Of a stretch of 37,365 nt of DNA, positions 1 to 8,392 are shown piece by piece (the stretch's first letter is position 1; each line of letters begins with the position of its first letter). The notes beneath the pieces were generated by a model. That model saw only the letters and a list, made by a program, of their open reading frames with translations. It searched no databases and had not been told where the DNA came from. The stretch is taken from positions 1-37,365 of the forward strand of contig CAMOXZ010000003.1 of the NCBI GenBank assembly GCA_946629545.1, read 5' to 3'. This DNA is from an uncultured Bacillales bacterium (GTDB taxonomy: Bacteria; Bacillota_I; Bacilli_A; RF39; UBA660). The position numbers and the translations under genes are program-made.

Positions 1-175
1 ATAATAAATTACTAATACTTATAAATAATAAAAAAGTAGTAAAACTTCCCACTATACTACCTATTACTACTATATTCATTTTATTATTTCTTTTTAATAT
101 TCTCTTAGTACCATAAAGTATCATAAAATCTAATAAAAAATTTAATATAATTACTTCTTCATAATAAATATTCAT
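1..175 (-). CDS. spoIIGA: Sigma-E processing peptidase SpoIIGA, N-terminal part (runs off window edge)
   Basis: Not in the ORF track. Manual translation from ATG at 175 gives MNIYYEEVIILNFLLDFMILYGTKRILKRNNKMNIVVIGSIVGSFTTFLLF, matching the SpoIIGA start pattern (M.IY.D/E....NF..D..LL..T..ILK...IGS). GGTG RBS at 181-184; close to spoIVB. Confidence 0.8.
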   Translation of the reverse strand, partial: MNIYYEEVIILNFLLDFMILYGTKRILKRNNKMNIVVIGSIVGSFTTFLLFISISNLL

Positions 176-201
176 CTAATCACCAAGAAAATTATATAAA
201 T

Positions 202-226
202 AAAAAAACGACTTATTTGTCGTTTT
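202..226 (-). terminator. Probable intrinsic terminator after the 106-aa membrane protein gene
   Basis: Inverted repeat aaaacgac/gtcgtttt followed by a T-run on the minus strand. Confidence 0.55.
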
Positions 227-545
227 ATATTTTTCTTTTCTTAATAAATATCTTAACTATATATACTAAGAAGAATATCATTATAACTATAAATGACCAT
301 TTAAGAGCCATATTGAAGAATGATCCATTACTAGTATATCTATTTATAATATCAAATACACTTTCAGGTAAGTATTTACCAATCGTTCTGCTTAAATCTT
401 TAAGTCCTAAATTATTCTTAATAAAAGCTAGTATTCGTAAAGCAATATCAATTATTGCCACCATAAATACAAATGATGAAAATCTCTTAAAAAACATTAG
501 AACTACTATAGTTAATATAATTAAAACTATTAAATCTATATACAT
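225..545 (-). CDS. Hypothetical small membrane protein (about 3 TM segments)
   Basis: 106-aa ORF, AGGTG RBS, hydrophobic segments, basic C-terminus. Confidence 0.75.
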   Translation of the reverse strand: MYIDLIVLIILTIVVLMFFKRFSSFVFMVAIIDIALRILAFIKNNLGLKDLSRTIGKYLPESVFDIINRYTSNGSFFNMALKWSFIVIMIFFLVYIVKIFIKKRKI

Positions 546-604
546 ATAATCACCTACTCTAATTATATTTTATCATAATTTAAGAATAATACAATAAAAA
601 AGAG

Positions 605-1573
605 CTAAGAAATAATCCTATCTCCTTCTTCTAACATCTTAGTAATAAATATACCATAACCTCTCTTAGTATTATCAACTATTACATAATTAACTACTCC
701 TATTATTTTATTATCTTGTATTATTGGAGATCCACTCATACCTTGAACTATACCTCCAGTTTTTTCTAATAAGTTTTTATCTGTAATCTCAAATAATATA
801 TTTTTAGTACTATTACTTTCATCTATATTTAATATATTTATAGAATAATCATTAATAGTATTATTAGAAATTACTGTTCTGATATAAGCTAAACCTTTCT
901 TTATAGAAGAAACATCTCCTACTTCAAGTATTTCTCTATTAGAATAATCATCTCCATATTTACCATATATACCAGTACCTTCATTTAATACAATATTACC
1001 TATCTCATTAGATTTATCTATATTAGCTTTCTTTTCTCCAGTATTACCATTAGTACTTTTTCTAATACTATTAACTGTAGATGAATAAATACTACCATCA
1101 CTTATCTCAAACTTAGAATAACTTTTACTTTCTAATATTTCATGACCTAAAGAACCAAATACTTTAGTTTCTGGATCTATATAAGATAAAGTACCTATAC
1201 CATTAATAGTATCTTTAACATATAAACCTGTTTTTAAAATATTATCTTCTAATTCTAATCTAATTGGTATAACTAAAGATTCATTATTACGTATAATACT
1301 AAATTTATATATAGAATCTTTATCTAATATACTATTAAGATTATTAATAGAAGAAATATCTACTCCATTAATTTTCTTAATAATATCACCTATCATAAAA
1401 CCAGATTCTTCTCCTATATTTTTACCATTAACAGGATAAAAACCAACTATATAAACCCCATTAGAATGAACTTCTATTCCAATAGTTTCTCCTCCTACAA
1501 TAATCTTATCAGAATAAGCAAATACATTTATAGGAAATACTAATAATATAAAAATAAGAATAAATTTCTTCAT
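605..1573 (-). CDS. spoIVB: SpoIVB peptidase (PDZ + S55 serine peptidase)
   Basis: Signal peptide; GG.TIGI; PDZ-like GDII.KING; GLYVKD...GIGTLSYIDP..FGSLGH; catalytic GGIVQGMSGSPIIQ motif. Confidence 0.93.
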   Translation of the reverse strand: MKKFILIFILLVFPINVFAYSDKIIVGGETIGIEVHSNGVYIVGFYPVNGKNIGEESGFMIGDIIKKINGVDISSINNLNSILDKDSIYKFSIIRNNESLVIPIRLELEDNILKTGLYVKDTINGIGTLSYIDPETKVFGSLGHEILESKSYSKFEISDGSIYSSTVNSIRKSTNGNTGEKKANIDKSNEIGNIVLNEGTGIYGKYGDDYSNREILEVGDVSSIKKGLAYIRTVISNNTINDYSINILNIDESNSTKNILFEITDKNLLEKTGGIVQGMSGSPIIQDNKIIGVVNYVIVDNTKRGYGIFITKMLEEGDRIIS

Positions 1574-1588
1574 ACTTACACCTCATTA

Positions 1589-1618
1589 TTATATTCCCCA
1601 TATTTCGACAATTTATGC
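1589..1618 (-). promoter_or_regulatory. SigmaF-like promoter of spoIVB with an embedded Spo0A box
   Basis: GCATA-N15-GGGAATATAA, one mismatch to GYATA-N15-GGnnAnAHTR. TGTCGAA lies in the spacer at 1604-1610. Confidence 0.55.
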
Positions 1619-1622
1619 ATAG

Positions 1623-1648
1623 AAAAAGGTGTATTATTCTACACCTTT
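1623..1648 (-). terminator. Intrinsic terminator overlapping the stop of the 45-aa ORF
   Basis: aaaggtgta/tacaccttt stem with a T-run on the minus strand. Confidence 0.65.
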
Positions 1649-1771
1649 ATCTAACATCATATCTTTTTCTAAATTCATCATTTTATTCATAATATCAGGA
1701 TGTTTTTTTAGATACATATAACCTGCTACTGAACATCCTCCAACTATAAACATAGCTATAGCTAATTTCAT
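1634..1771 (-). CDS. Small 45-aa single-TM protein, possibly a YrzQ-like forespore protein
   Basis: Not in the ORF track. MKLAIAMFIVGGCSVAGYMYLKKHPDIMNKMMNLEKDMMLDKGVE*, with a strong GAGGTG RBS, its own promoter motif and a terminator. Confidence 0.75.
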   Translation of the reverse strand: MKLAIAMFIVGGCSVAGYMYLKKHPDIMNKMMNLEKDMMLDKGVE

Positions 1772-1788
1772 AATTTCACCTCTAATAT

Positions 1789-1817
1789 TATTATGAATAA
1801 AACAATCTACTTTATAC
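1789..1817 (-). promoter_or_regulatory. SigmaG-like promoter for the 45-aa ORF
   Basis: GTATA-N17-CATAATA matches the sigmaG consensus GHATA-N17/18-CATAnTA. Confidence 0.55.
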
Positions 1818-3990
1818 CATTAATTAAATAATCTTTAATAGTAGTTCTTCTATTATCATCTCTATCATTACTAGAAGCATATTTTAAAGCATTTATATCC
1901 CCTATAATAAATAATCTCTTTTTAGTTCTAGTAACTGCAGTATATATAAGTTTTTGATACAACATTTTATTATAACCTCTAACAATAGGAATAATTACCA
2001 CATCAAATTCAGATCCTTGAGATTTATGAATACTAATAGAATATGCAAGTTTAAAATTATTAAAATTACTTGGAGTATATTTAACTATATTACCATCAAA
2101 ATCTATATGTATCTCTTTCTTCTTAGAATTTACTATCTCACATATAATTCCAATATCTCCATTATATACATTTTCATCAGGCATATTAGTAAGTTGTATT
2201 ACCTTATCCCCTTCTCTATAAGTAATTTCTCCTACTTTATACTCTTTTTTAGAACTAGATTTCTTATTAAATAATTCTTGTATTTTACTATTAATAATAT
2301 CTATTCCATTCAATCCTTTATACATAGGAGCTAGTATTTGAAATTCATGATAATCTAAATCTTTATAAGTATTATAAATATCTATTATATTAGTAATCAC
2401 TTCACTATCTAAGCATTTAATAAATGTAAGATCATCTTTAACATTAAATATTTCTTCATTAATAGTTTTCTTTCGAATATCATATGCAAGATTAAGTATA
2501 TTACTTCCTTCATCTTGTCTATATTCATCTTTTAATCTAACTACATTTAACATATTAGATTCAATAATATCATGAAGTACATCACCTGGTCCTACTGAAG
2601 GTAATTGATGATCATCTCCAACAATTACTATCTTACAATTAGCTGATAAACCTTTTAATAAACTATTCATCAAATAAGTATCTATCATACTAGCTTCGTC
2701 TATAATAACAAACTCTACTTTACTTTTATTATATTCATTTACTTGGAATCTATTTTGTTCCTTTTGCCATTTTAAAAATCTATGTATAGTACTACTAGGA
2801 AATAATGTAGCCTCACTCATTCTTTTAGCTGCTCTACCAGTAGGAGCAAGTAATGCTACTCTTTCACTTAAATCACCATAACTAAGTTTATTAATCAATC
2901 TATATAACTCTAATATAGCTTTAATAATAGTAGTTTTACCTGTACCTGGACCACCTGTTATTATTAAGAAATCCTTTAATATACTTTGTTTTATAGCCTC
3001 TAATTGATCAGTATTATATTTAATATTAAAGAACTTCTCTAATTCTTTAATATTATCATCAATCTTTTTAATTTTATTCTCTTTAGAATTTAACATTCTA
3101 AATCTTTTAACTATAAAACATTCGGACATATACATATCTTTTAAATAATACTTATCATCTACAATAACTATTCTAGAGTCTTTTTCTAATTCATCTAATG
3201 CATATAAAAAATTATCTTCTATTATATTACATCCTAATACTCTAGGGATTAAACTAAGTAATTCATTATATAAGTAATATGAATGTCCATAAGTATTACT
3301 AATTTCATTCATAATATATATAATAGATGCTTTTACTCTAATTAAAGAATCTTTCTCTACTCCTTTATTTAAAGCAATCATATCTATCTTTTTAAAACTA
3401 ATATCATGAATATCTAATATAATCTGATATATATCAGATTCTATAATATCTTTTACTTTATTTTTATAATAATTATATATAATCATAGAATCCCTAGTAT
3501 TAAATCCTAAATCACTTAAATACATAATAGTCTCATAACTAGATTCATATTCTTTTAATTTACTATGTAGTATATTAATATCTTTCTCTGTTATCTTAGG
3601 AATAAGTACTAAATTACTAGGATTATTAAGAATAATATTTAATGTATCTTTACCTAAAGTATCAACTATACTTTTAGCTTTCTTTTCTCCAATACCTTTA
3701 AATAAACCACTAGTAAGAAATTCTAATATAGAATCCTTTTCTTCCGGTTTACATCTTTCATAACTATCTACTCTAAACTGTTCTCCATATTTTTCATGTT
3801 CAACAAGTTCTCCATAAAACTTATATGTATCAATATTATTAAGTTCATGAAAGTACCCTGTAAAAGTAATACTTCTACCTATATAATCGGATAAGTTTTC
3901 ACTATCAGTATCACTAACTTTAAAAATACCGATAACATAACCGGTATTATTTTCAAAAATACTTTTAGAGTAACTTCCTTTTATATACAT
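1807..3990 (-). CDS. recD2: ATP-dependent RecD-like DNA helicase RecD2
   Basis: N-terminal HxKYGEQF; HhH GIGEKKA; Walker A GGPGTGKT; APTGRAAKRM; DEASM; GDxxQLPSVGPG; AYSISIHKSQGSEF; YTAVTR. Confidence 0.95.
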   Translation of the reverse strand: MYIKGSYSKSIFENNTGYVIGIFKVSDTDSENLSDYIGRSITFTGYFHELNNIDTYKFYGELVEHEKYGEQFRVDSYERCKPEEKDSILEFLTSGLFKGIGEKKAKSIVDTLGKDTLNIILNNPSNLVLIPKITEKDINILHSKLKEYESSYETIMYLSDLGFNTRDSMIIYNYYKNKVKDIIESDIYQIILDIHDISFKKIDMIALNKGVEKDSLIRVKASIIYIMNEISNTYGHSYYLYNELLSLIPRVLGCNIIEDNFLYALDELEKDSRIVIVDDKYYLKDMYMSECFIVKRFRMLNSKENKIKKIDDNIKELEKFFNIKYNTDQLEAIKQSILKDFLIITGGPGTGKTTIIKAILELYRLINKLSYGDLSERVALLAPTGRAAKRMSEATLFPSSTIHRFLKWQKEQNRFQVNEYNKSKVEFVIIDEASMIDTYLMNSLLKGLSANCKIVIVGDDHQLPSVGPGDVLHDIIESNMLNVVRLKDEYRQDEGSNILNLAYDIRKKTINEEIFNVKDDLTFIKCLDSEVITNIIDIYNTYKDLDYHEFQILAPMYKGLNGIDIINSKIQELFNKKSSSKKEYKVGEITYREGDKVIQLTNMPDENVYNGDIGIICEIVNSKKKEIHIDFDGNIVKYTPSNFNNFKLAYSISIHKSQGSEFDVVIIPIVRGYNKMLYQKLIYTAVTRTKKRLFIIGDINALKYASSNDRDDNRRTTIKDYLINGIK

Positions 3991-3991
3991 A

Positions 3992-5263
3992 TTATTCTCC
4001 TATTACATATGGGTATTCTATAGATTTAATAGTTACTTTAACTAATTCATTATGAGGTAATTCTCTATTTATTTTAACATATAAATAATTACCTGTGTGA
4101 CCATAACTATAACCATCTTTATATTCTTCTACTAAAACTTCTACTTCTTTATCAATAAACTTATTCATATAAGCTATTTCTAACTCTTTAGAAACTTCTA
4201 TTAGTTTTCTACTTCTTTCTTTCTTTTCATGTTCATCTACTTTATTACTCATTCTAGAAGAAGCAGTACCACGTCTTTCACTATATGGAAAAACATGTAG
4301 TTTAGAAAAACCTATTCTTTTACATGTTTCTATTGTAGTATTAAATAATTCTTCCGTTTCACCAGGAAATCCCACAATAACATCAGTACTAATAGCTATA
4401 TTCTCTCTAATACCTCTAATTTCAGCTATTTTAGCTTCAAAAAAGTCTAAATCATATTTTCTATTCATAGCCTTTAAAATCTCGTTAGAACCAGCTTGTA
4501 TAGGTATATGTAAGTGATCTACTAAAACATTACTATTTCTTAATACATCTAAAACATCTTCATTTAATTCAGTAGCTTCAATAGATGAAATCCTTAATCT
4601 TTCAAGACCATTAATTTTAACTAATTTATTTAATAAATCAGAGAAATCAGTATCAAGATCTACCCCATAACTTCCAGTATGAATTCCTGTAAGAACTATT
4701 TCTTTATATCCATTATTTACTAAATCAGTTACTTCTTCAATTACTTTACTTTCATTTTTACTTCTACATTTACCCCTTACAAAAGGAATAATACAATAAC
4801 TACAGAAGTTATCACAACCATCTTGTATCTTAACAAAAGCTCTAGTTCTACCAGGAAAACTATTTATATACATATCTTCAAATTCTTTTAATCTACCAGT
4901 ATATTCTAATCTCATTTCTTCTTTATTATTAAAATACTCATCTAATAGTTCTACTATTTTAGATTTATCTTTATTACCAATAATAATATCTAAACCATCT
5001 ATTTTTATATCAGGATTAGCAGCAATAAAACAACCCATAGCTACAACGCATGCATTGGGATTACGCCTAATAGCTTGTCTAATCATTTTACGAGACTTTG
5101 AATCACTATTATTAGTAACAGTACAAGTATTAATAATATATACATCACAAGAATCACTAAAATCTTTAATCTCATAACCCGCTTTTTTAAGTTCATTAAT
5201 TACATATTCAGATTCATAAGTATTAACTTTACAACCTAAACTAAGTACTCCTACAGTTTTCAT
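3992..5263 (-). CDS. mtaB: tRNA t6A37 methylthiotransferase MtaB
   Basis: LGCKVNxYE, INTCTVT, radical SAM CDNFCSYC, LTGIHTGSYG, HVFPYSxRxGT. Confidence 0.93.
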   Translation of the reverse strand: MKTVGVLSLGCKVNTYESEYVINELKKAGYEIKDFSDSCDVYIINTCTVTNNSDSKSRKMIRQAIRRNPNACVVAMGCFIAANPDIKIDGLDIIIGNKDKSKIVELLDEYFNNKEEMRLEYTGRLKEFEDMYINSFPGRTRAFVKIQDGCDNFCSYCIIPFVRGKCRSKNESKVIEEVTDLVNNGYKEIVLTGIHTGSYGVDLDTDFSDLLNKLVKINGLERLRISSIEATELNEDVLDVLRNSNVLVDHLHIPIQAGSNEILKAMNRKYDLDFFEAKIAEIRGIRENIAISTDVIVGFPGETEELFNTTIETCKRIGFSKLHVFPYSERRGTASSRMSNKVDEHEKKERSRKLIEVSKELEIAYMNKFIDKEVEVLVEEYKDGYSYGHTGNYLYVKINRELPHNELVKVTIKSIEYPYVIGE

Positions 5264-5301
5264 GTAATCACCTCTAATGCCTATAAATTATACCATAAAA
5301 T

Positions 5302-5323
5302 AAAAAAAGTGACAACGTCACTT
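5302..5323 (-). terminator. Intrinsic terminator
   Basis: aagtgac/gtcactt stem with a T-run. Confidence 0.65.
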
Positions 5324-6260
5324 AATCTAATTTACTTTGTAATTCTTTCAAAGTCATTAAAAATTCATTAGTCTTCTTAATCTCTGCATCTAATTTTTCG
5401 TAATTAGCAGTATTTTCTAACTCTAAGTCATTAGTAACTTCTTGTTTTTCAATACCATATATTGGAGATATAATTGGACTACTTTTAAATCTTTTAACTT
5501 CAGGTTCTACAACTGTTTTAATCTTATCAAATTCATCTAATACTACTTCATTAGATTCTTCACCTACTGCATTAGCAATAACAAATGGTGAAGTAATAGG
5601 TTCAGCTTCTCTACCAGCTATAACTTCTAATTCACTAATACTAATTGGTTCAGTACCTTCATCATATTGAGTTAATTCATTAGCTTCATACATTTCTTTA
5701 CTCTTACTAACTAATTCATCTAAACTAATAATAGCAGATTGTTCTTGTTCTAACTCATAATCAGTTAAACGAATATTTTCAACTACTTCTTCTATTTTAG
5801 ATTCTTGTTCTTTTAATTCTTCAGTAATCTTAGATAATTCTTCTTTAGCTACATTAATATCAGGTTCAATATCAGTATATTCTAATTCTTCTATTGGTTC
5901 TAATAATTCTATTTCTTCTTCTTTAATATTTAACTCTTGTCTTACTTCAGTACTAATTTCTTCTATTACATTTTTAATATCTTCAGTAGATAATTCTTCC
6001 ACTTCTTCAAAAGTTTCTATAGAAGGTTCTTCTTCAATAACTTGTAATACAGGTTCAGTATTTTCTTCTTCAGGAATAATTTCTACTTCATCTTTAATTT
6101 GTTCTACAAGTTTATTTAACTCTTTTGTATTATGTCTCTTTCTTCCTCTATCGTTATGTTTTTCTACTAAATAAATAATGAAACATAAAAGACAAGCAAC
6201 TGCTGCAATGATATAGACAACAATGATTTCTTTTGATGTTAAAAATTCTACTATATCCAT
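5322..6260 (-). CDS. Hypothetical membrane-anchored acidic protein
   Basis: One N-terminal TM helix, long Glu-rich region, FKSSPIISPIYG motif, C-terminal helix. Start placed at the ATG at 6260 after a GGAGGTG RBS. Confidence 0.8.
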   Translation of the reverse strand: MDIVEFLTSKEIIVVYIIAAVACLLCFIIYLVEKHNDRGRKRHNTKELNKLVEQIKDEVEIIPEEENTEPVLQVIEEEPSIETFEEVEELSTEDIKNVIEEISTEVRQELNIKEEEIELLEPIEELEYTDIEPDINVAKEELSKITEELKEQESKIEEVVENIRLTDYELEQEQSAIISLDELVSKSKEMYEANELTQYDEGTEPISISELEVIAGREAEPITSPFVIANAVGEESNEVVLDEFDKIKTVVEPEVKRFKSSPIISPIYGIEKQEVTNDLELENTANYEKLDAEIKKTNEFLMTLKELQSKLD

Positions 6261-6454
6261 TTTGTACACCTCCATATTAGTTTATCATAACTAATAAATT
6301 TAGACTTATTAAAACATAACTTTATTTATCAATTGACAACCTTTTTTACAAACTTTTATATATGTTCGAGTAACCCTAGAGGACAATACTCTTACCAAAA
6401 TCAATATATCATATTTTTAGTTATAATGTATAGTATTTTTTAATAAAATTTACT

Positions 6455-7738
6455 ATGAAAAATAAATTTATAAAATCTACTATTATATTGTTAATTGGAG
6501 GATTACTTACTAAAGTATTAGGAATGATAATTAAGATAGTAATAGCCCGATTAATAGGTACTAAAGGACTAGGTATGTATATGCTAATATTACCTACTTT
6601 TACTCTATTAATTAGTTTAAGTCAATTTGGTTTTCCTATAGCTTTATCCAAATTAATTTCAGAAGAAAAGCGAAATAACAAACAACTAATATTCTCAAGT
6701 ATATTAGTATTAATAATCATAAATATATTACTAATAATATTAATAGTATTACTATCCCCTACTATTAGTAATAAATTACTACATAATAAAGATATTTATA
6801 TAAGTATATTATCTATGTCTTTAGTAATACCATTTACTTCAATATCTAGTATTTGTAGAAGTTATTTCTTTGGTAAACAAAAGATGTTTCCTCATGTCTT
6901 ATCTAATATTATAGAAGATCTAGTAAGATTAATAATCATAGTAATAGGAATACCTATTATTAAACCATTAGGTATTAAATATATAGTATGTTTTTTAGTA
7001 TTAATAAATATAATAAGTGAAATAGTATCTACAATTATCTTAATATTATTCTTACCAAAAAACATTAAAATAAAAAAAGAAGATTTATACCCAAATAAAT
7101 CTTATATAAAAGACTCTTTAAAAATATGTATACCTAATACTACAAGCAAATTAATAGGTAGTATTGGTTTCTTCTTAGAACCAATTATTCTTACAAATAT
7201 ACTTATAAATAATTATTCAATTAACTACATAACAAGAGAATATGGAGTAATCTCAGGTTATGTAATTCCATTAATACTATTGCCATCATTCTTCACTCTA
7301 GCATTATCTCAAAGTATTTTACCAGTAATTTCAAAATACTCCAGTATAAATGATATTAAAAGTATAAAAAGAAAAACTAATCAAGTAATACTATTATCAC
7401 TACTTATAGGTTTACCAGTAACAATAACACTATTATTAAAAGGAGATCTATTACTACAATTAATCTATCATACAAATGAAGGAGTAAACTATTTAAAAAT
7501 ACTGGCTCCTATATGTCTACTACATTATATTGAGTCACCTTTATCTAGTATCCTAGACGCTTTAAACAAATCTAAAGATAATTTAAAAATAACTATACTA
7601 GGTACTATAACAAGAACTATATCTTTAATACTATTTCATAAGAAAGGTATTTATTCTTTAATAATATCTATTTCATTAAATATATTAATAACCACATTTT
7701 ATCAAATAAAAAAAGTAAGATATTATCTTACTCATTAG
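6455..7738 (+). CDS. spoVB: Stage V sporulation protein B-like MOP/MurJ-family flippase
   Basis: FIKSTIILLIGGLLTKVLG...ARLIG..GLGMY...GFPIALSKLISE; FLEPII; about 12 TM segments. Confidence 0.8.
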   Translation: MKNKFIKSTIILLIGGLLTKVLGMIIKIVIARLIGTKGLGMYMLILPTFTLLISLSQFGFPIALSKLISEEKRNNKQLIFSSILVLIIINILLIILIVLLSPTISNKLLHNKDIYISILSMSLVIPFTSISSICRSYFFGKQKMFPHVLSNIIEDLVRLIIIVIGIPIIKPLGIKYIVCFLVLINIISEIVSTIILILFLPKNIKIKKEDLYPNKSYIKDSLKICIPNTTSKLIGSIGFFLEPIILTNILINNYSINYITREYGVISGYVIPLILLPSFFTLALSQSILPVISKYSSINDIKSIKRKTNQVILLSLLIGLPVTITLLLKGDLLLQLIYHTNEGVNYLKILAPICLLHYIESPLSSILDALNKSKDNLKITILGTITRTISLILFHKKGIYSLIISISLNILITTFYQIKKVRYYLTH

Positions 7739-8333
7739 TTTCATTTTCTTTTTTGAATAACATTTTAACATTAGATTGAATAGGTCCGTTAGATTCAACT
7801 TCTTCAACTAAAATATCATCGTTTACTACTAAAACATTTTTAACAAAAGCTAATCTTTCTTCATAAATACTATCTACTTTACTTCTAGTTAATCTATATC
7901 TTCTAGCAATAGTATTTCTATCCATTCCAGATAAAACATCTAAGAATACTTGATTATTTAATGAATTAGAACATTTTAATCCTTCGTATACTTTACTAAC
8001 TGCATTACGTCTAGTAGATTCTGTTTTATCATATGATGCATCACTAGCATTTAATTCTCTTAAACGAACTAATGCTGGTTTTGGTTCTTCTGCTAAACCA
8101 ATATTCTTAGCTACTTCTTCAAGAATTGAACAATATGTTGCTTCTTCAGTTCCTCTCTTATCTAATACTGCTGTTACTAATTCACTAGATAACTCACTAT
8201 ACATGTCTTCCCCAATAAATGGTTTAATTAATGTATATCCTTCTGTTATTATTTTGAATTCTGCTTCATCAAAAATACCTTGTTTTTGTATTTTATCAAA
8301 ATAATTCATTACTCTTTCATCTGCTTTAACCAT
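7728..8333 (-). CDS. Hypothetical protein with a C-terminal sigma70 region-4-like HTH
   Basis: GGAGG RBS before ATG 8333. QVFLDVLSGMDRNTIARRYRLTRSKVDSIYEERLAFVK resembles sigma region 4. Confidence 0.65.
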   Translation of the reverse strand: MVKADERVMNYFDKIQKQGIFDEAEFKIITEGYTLIKPFIGEDMYSELSSELVTAVLDKRGTEEATYCSILEEVAKNIGLAEEPKPALVRLRELNASDASYDKTESTRRNAVSKVYEGLKCSNSLNNQVFLDVLSGMDRNTIARRYRLTRSKVDSIYEERLAFVKNVLVVNDDILVEEVESNGPIQSNVKMLFKKENETNE

Positions 8334-8356
8334 AAATCCTCCATTTAGTAAGGAAT

Positions 8357-8385
8357 ATAATAACACAACACTATTTATAATTCAA
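8357..8385 (-). promoter_or_regulatory. SigmaA-type promoter of the sigma-like gene
   Basis: TTGAAT-N17-TATTAT with an extended -10 TG. Confidence 0.5.
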
Positions 8386-8392
8386 GTATTTT

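Noticed and set aside
202-226. Spo0A-box-like TGTCGTT upstream of spoIIGA
   Set aside because: Two mismatches to TGNCGAA, and it is fully explained as the terminator stem; cannot be supported from sequence alone
217-549. 110-aa plus-strand ORF
   Set aside because: Antisense shadow of the 225-545 gene; TTG start and no RBS
1954-2274. 106-aa plus-strand ORF
   Set aside because: Lies antisense within recD2; composition is that of random AT-rich sequence
6355-6368. LexA box candidate (CGAACATAT on the minus strand)
   Set aside because: Only one half-site; no GTTC-like partner at N4 spacing
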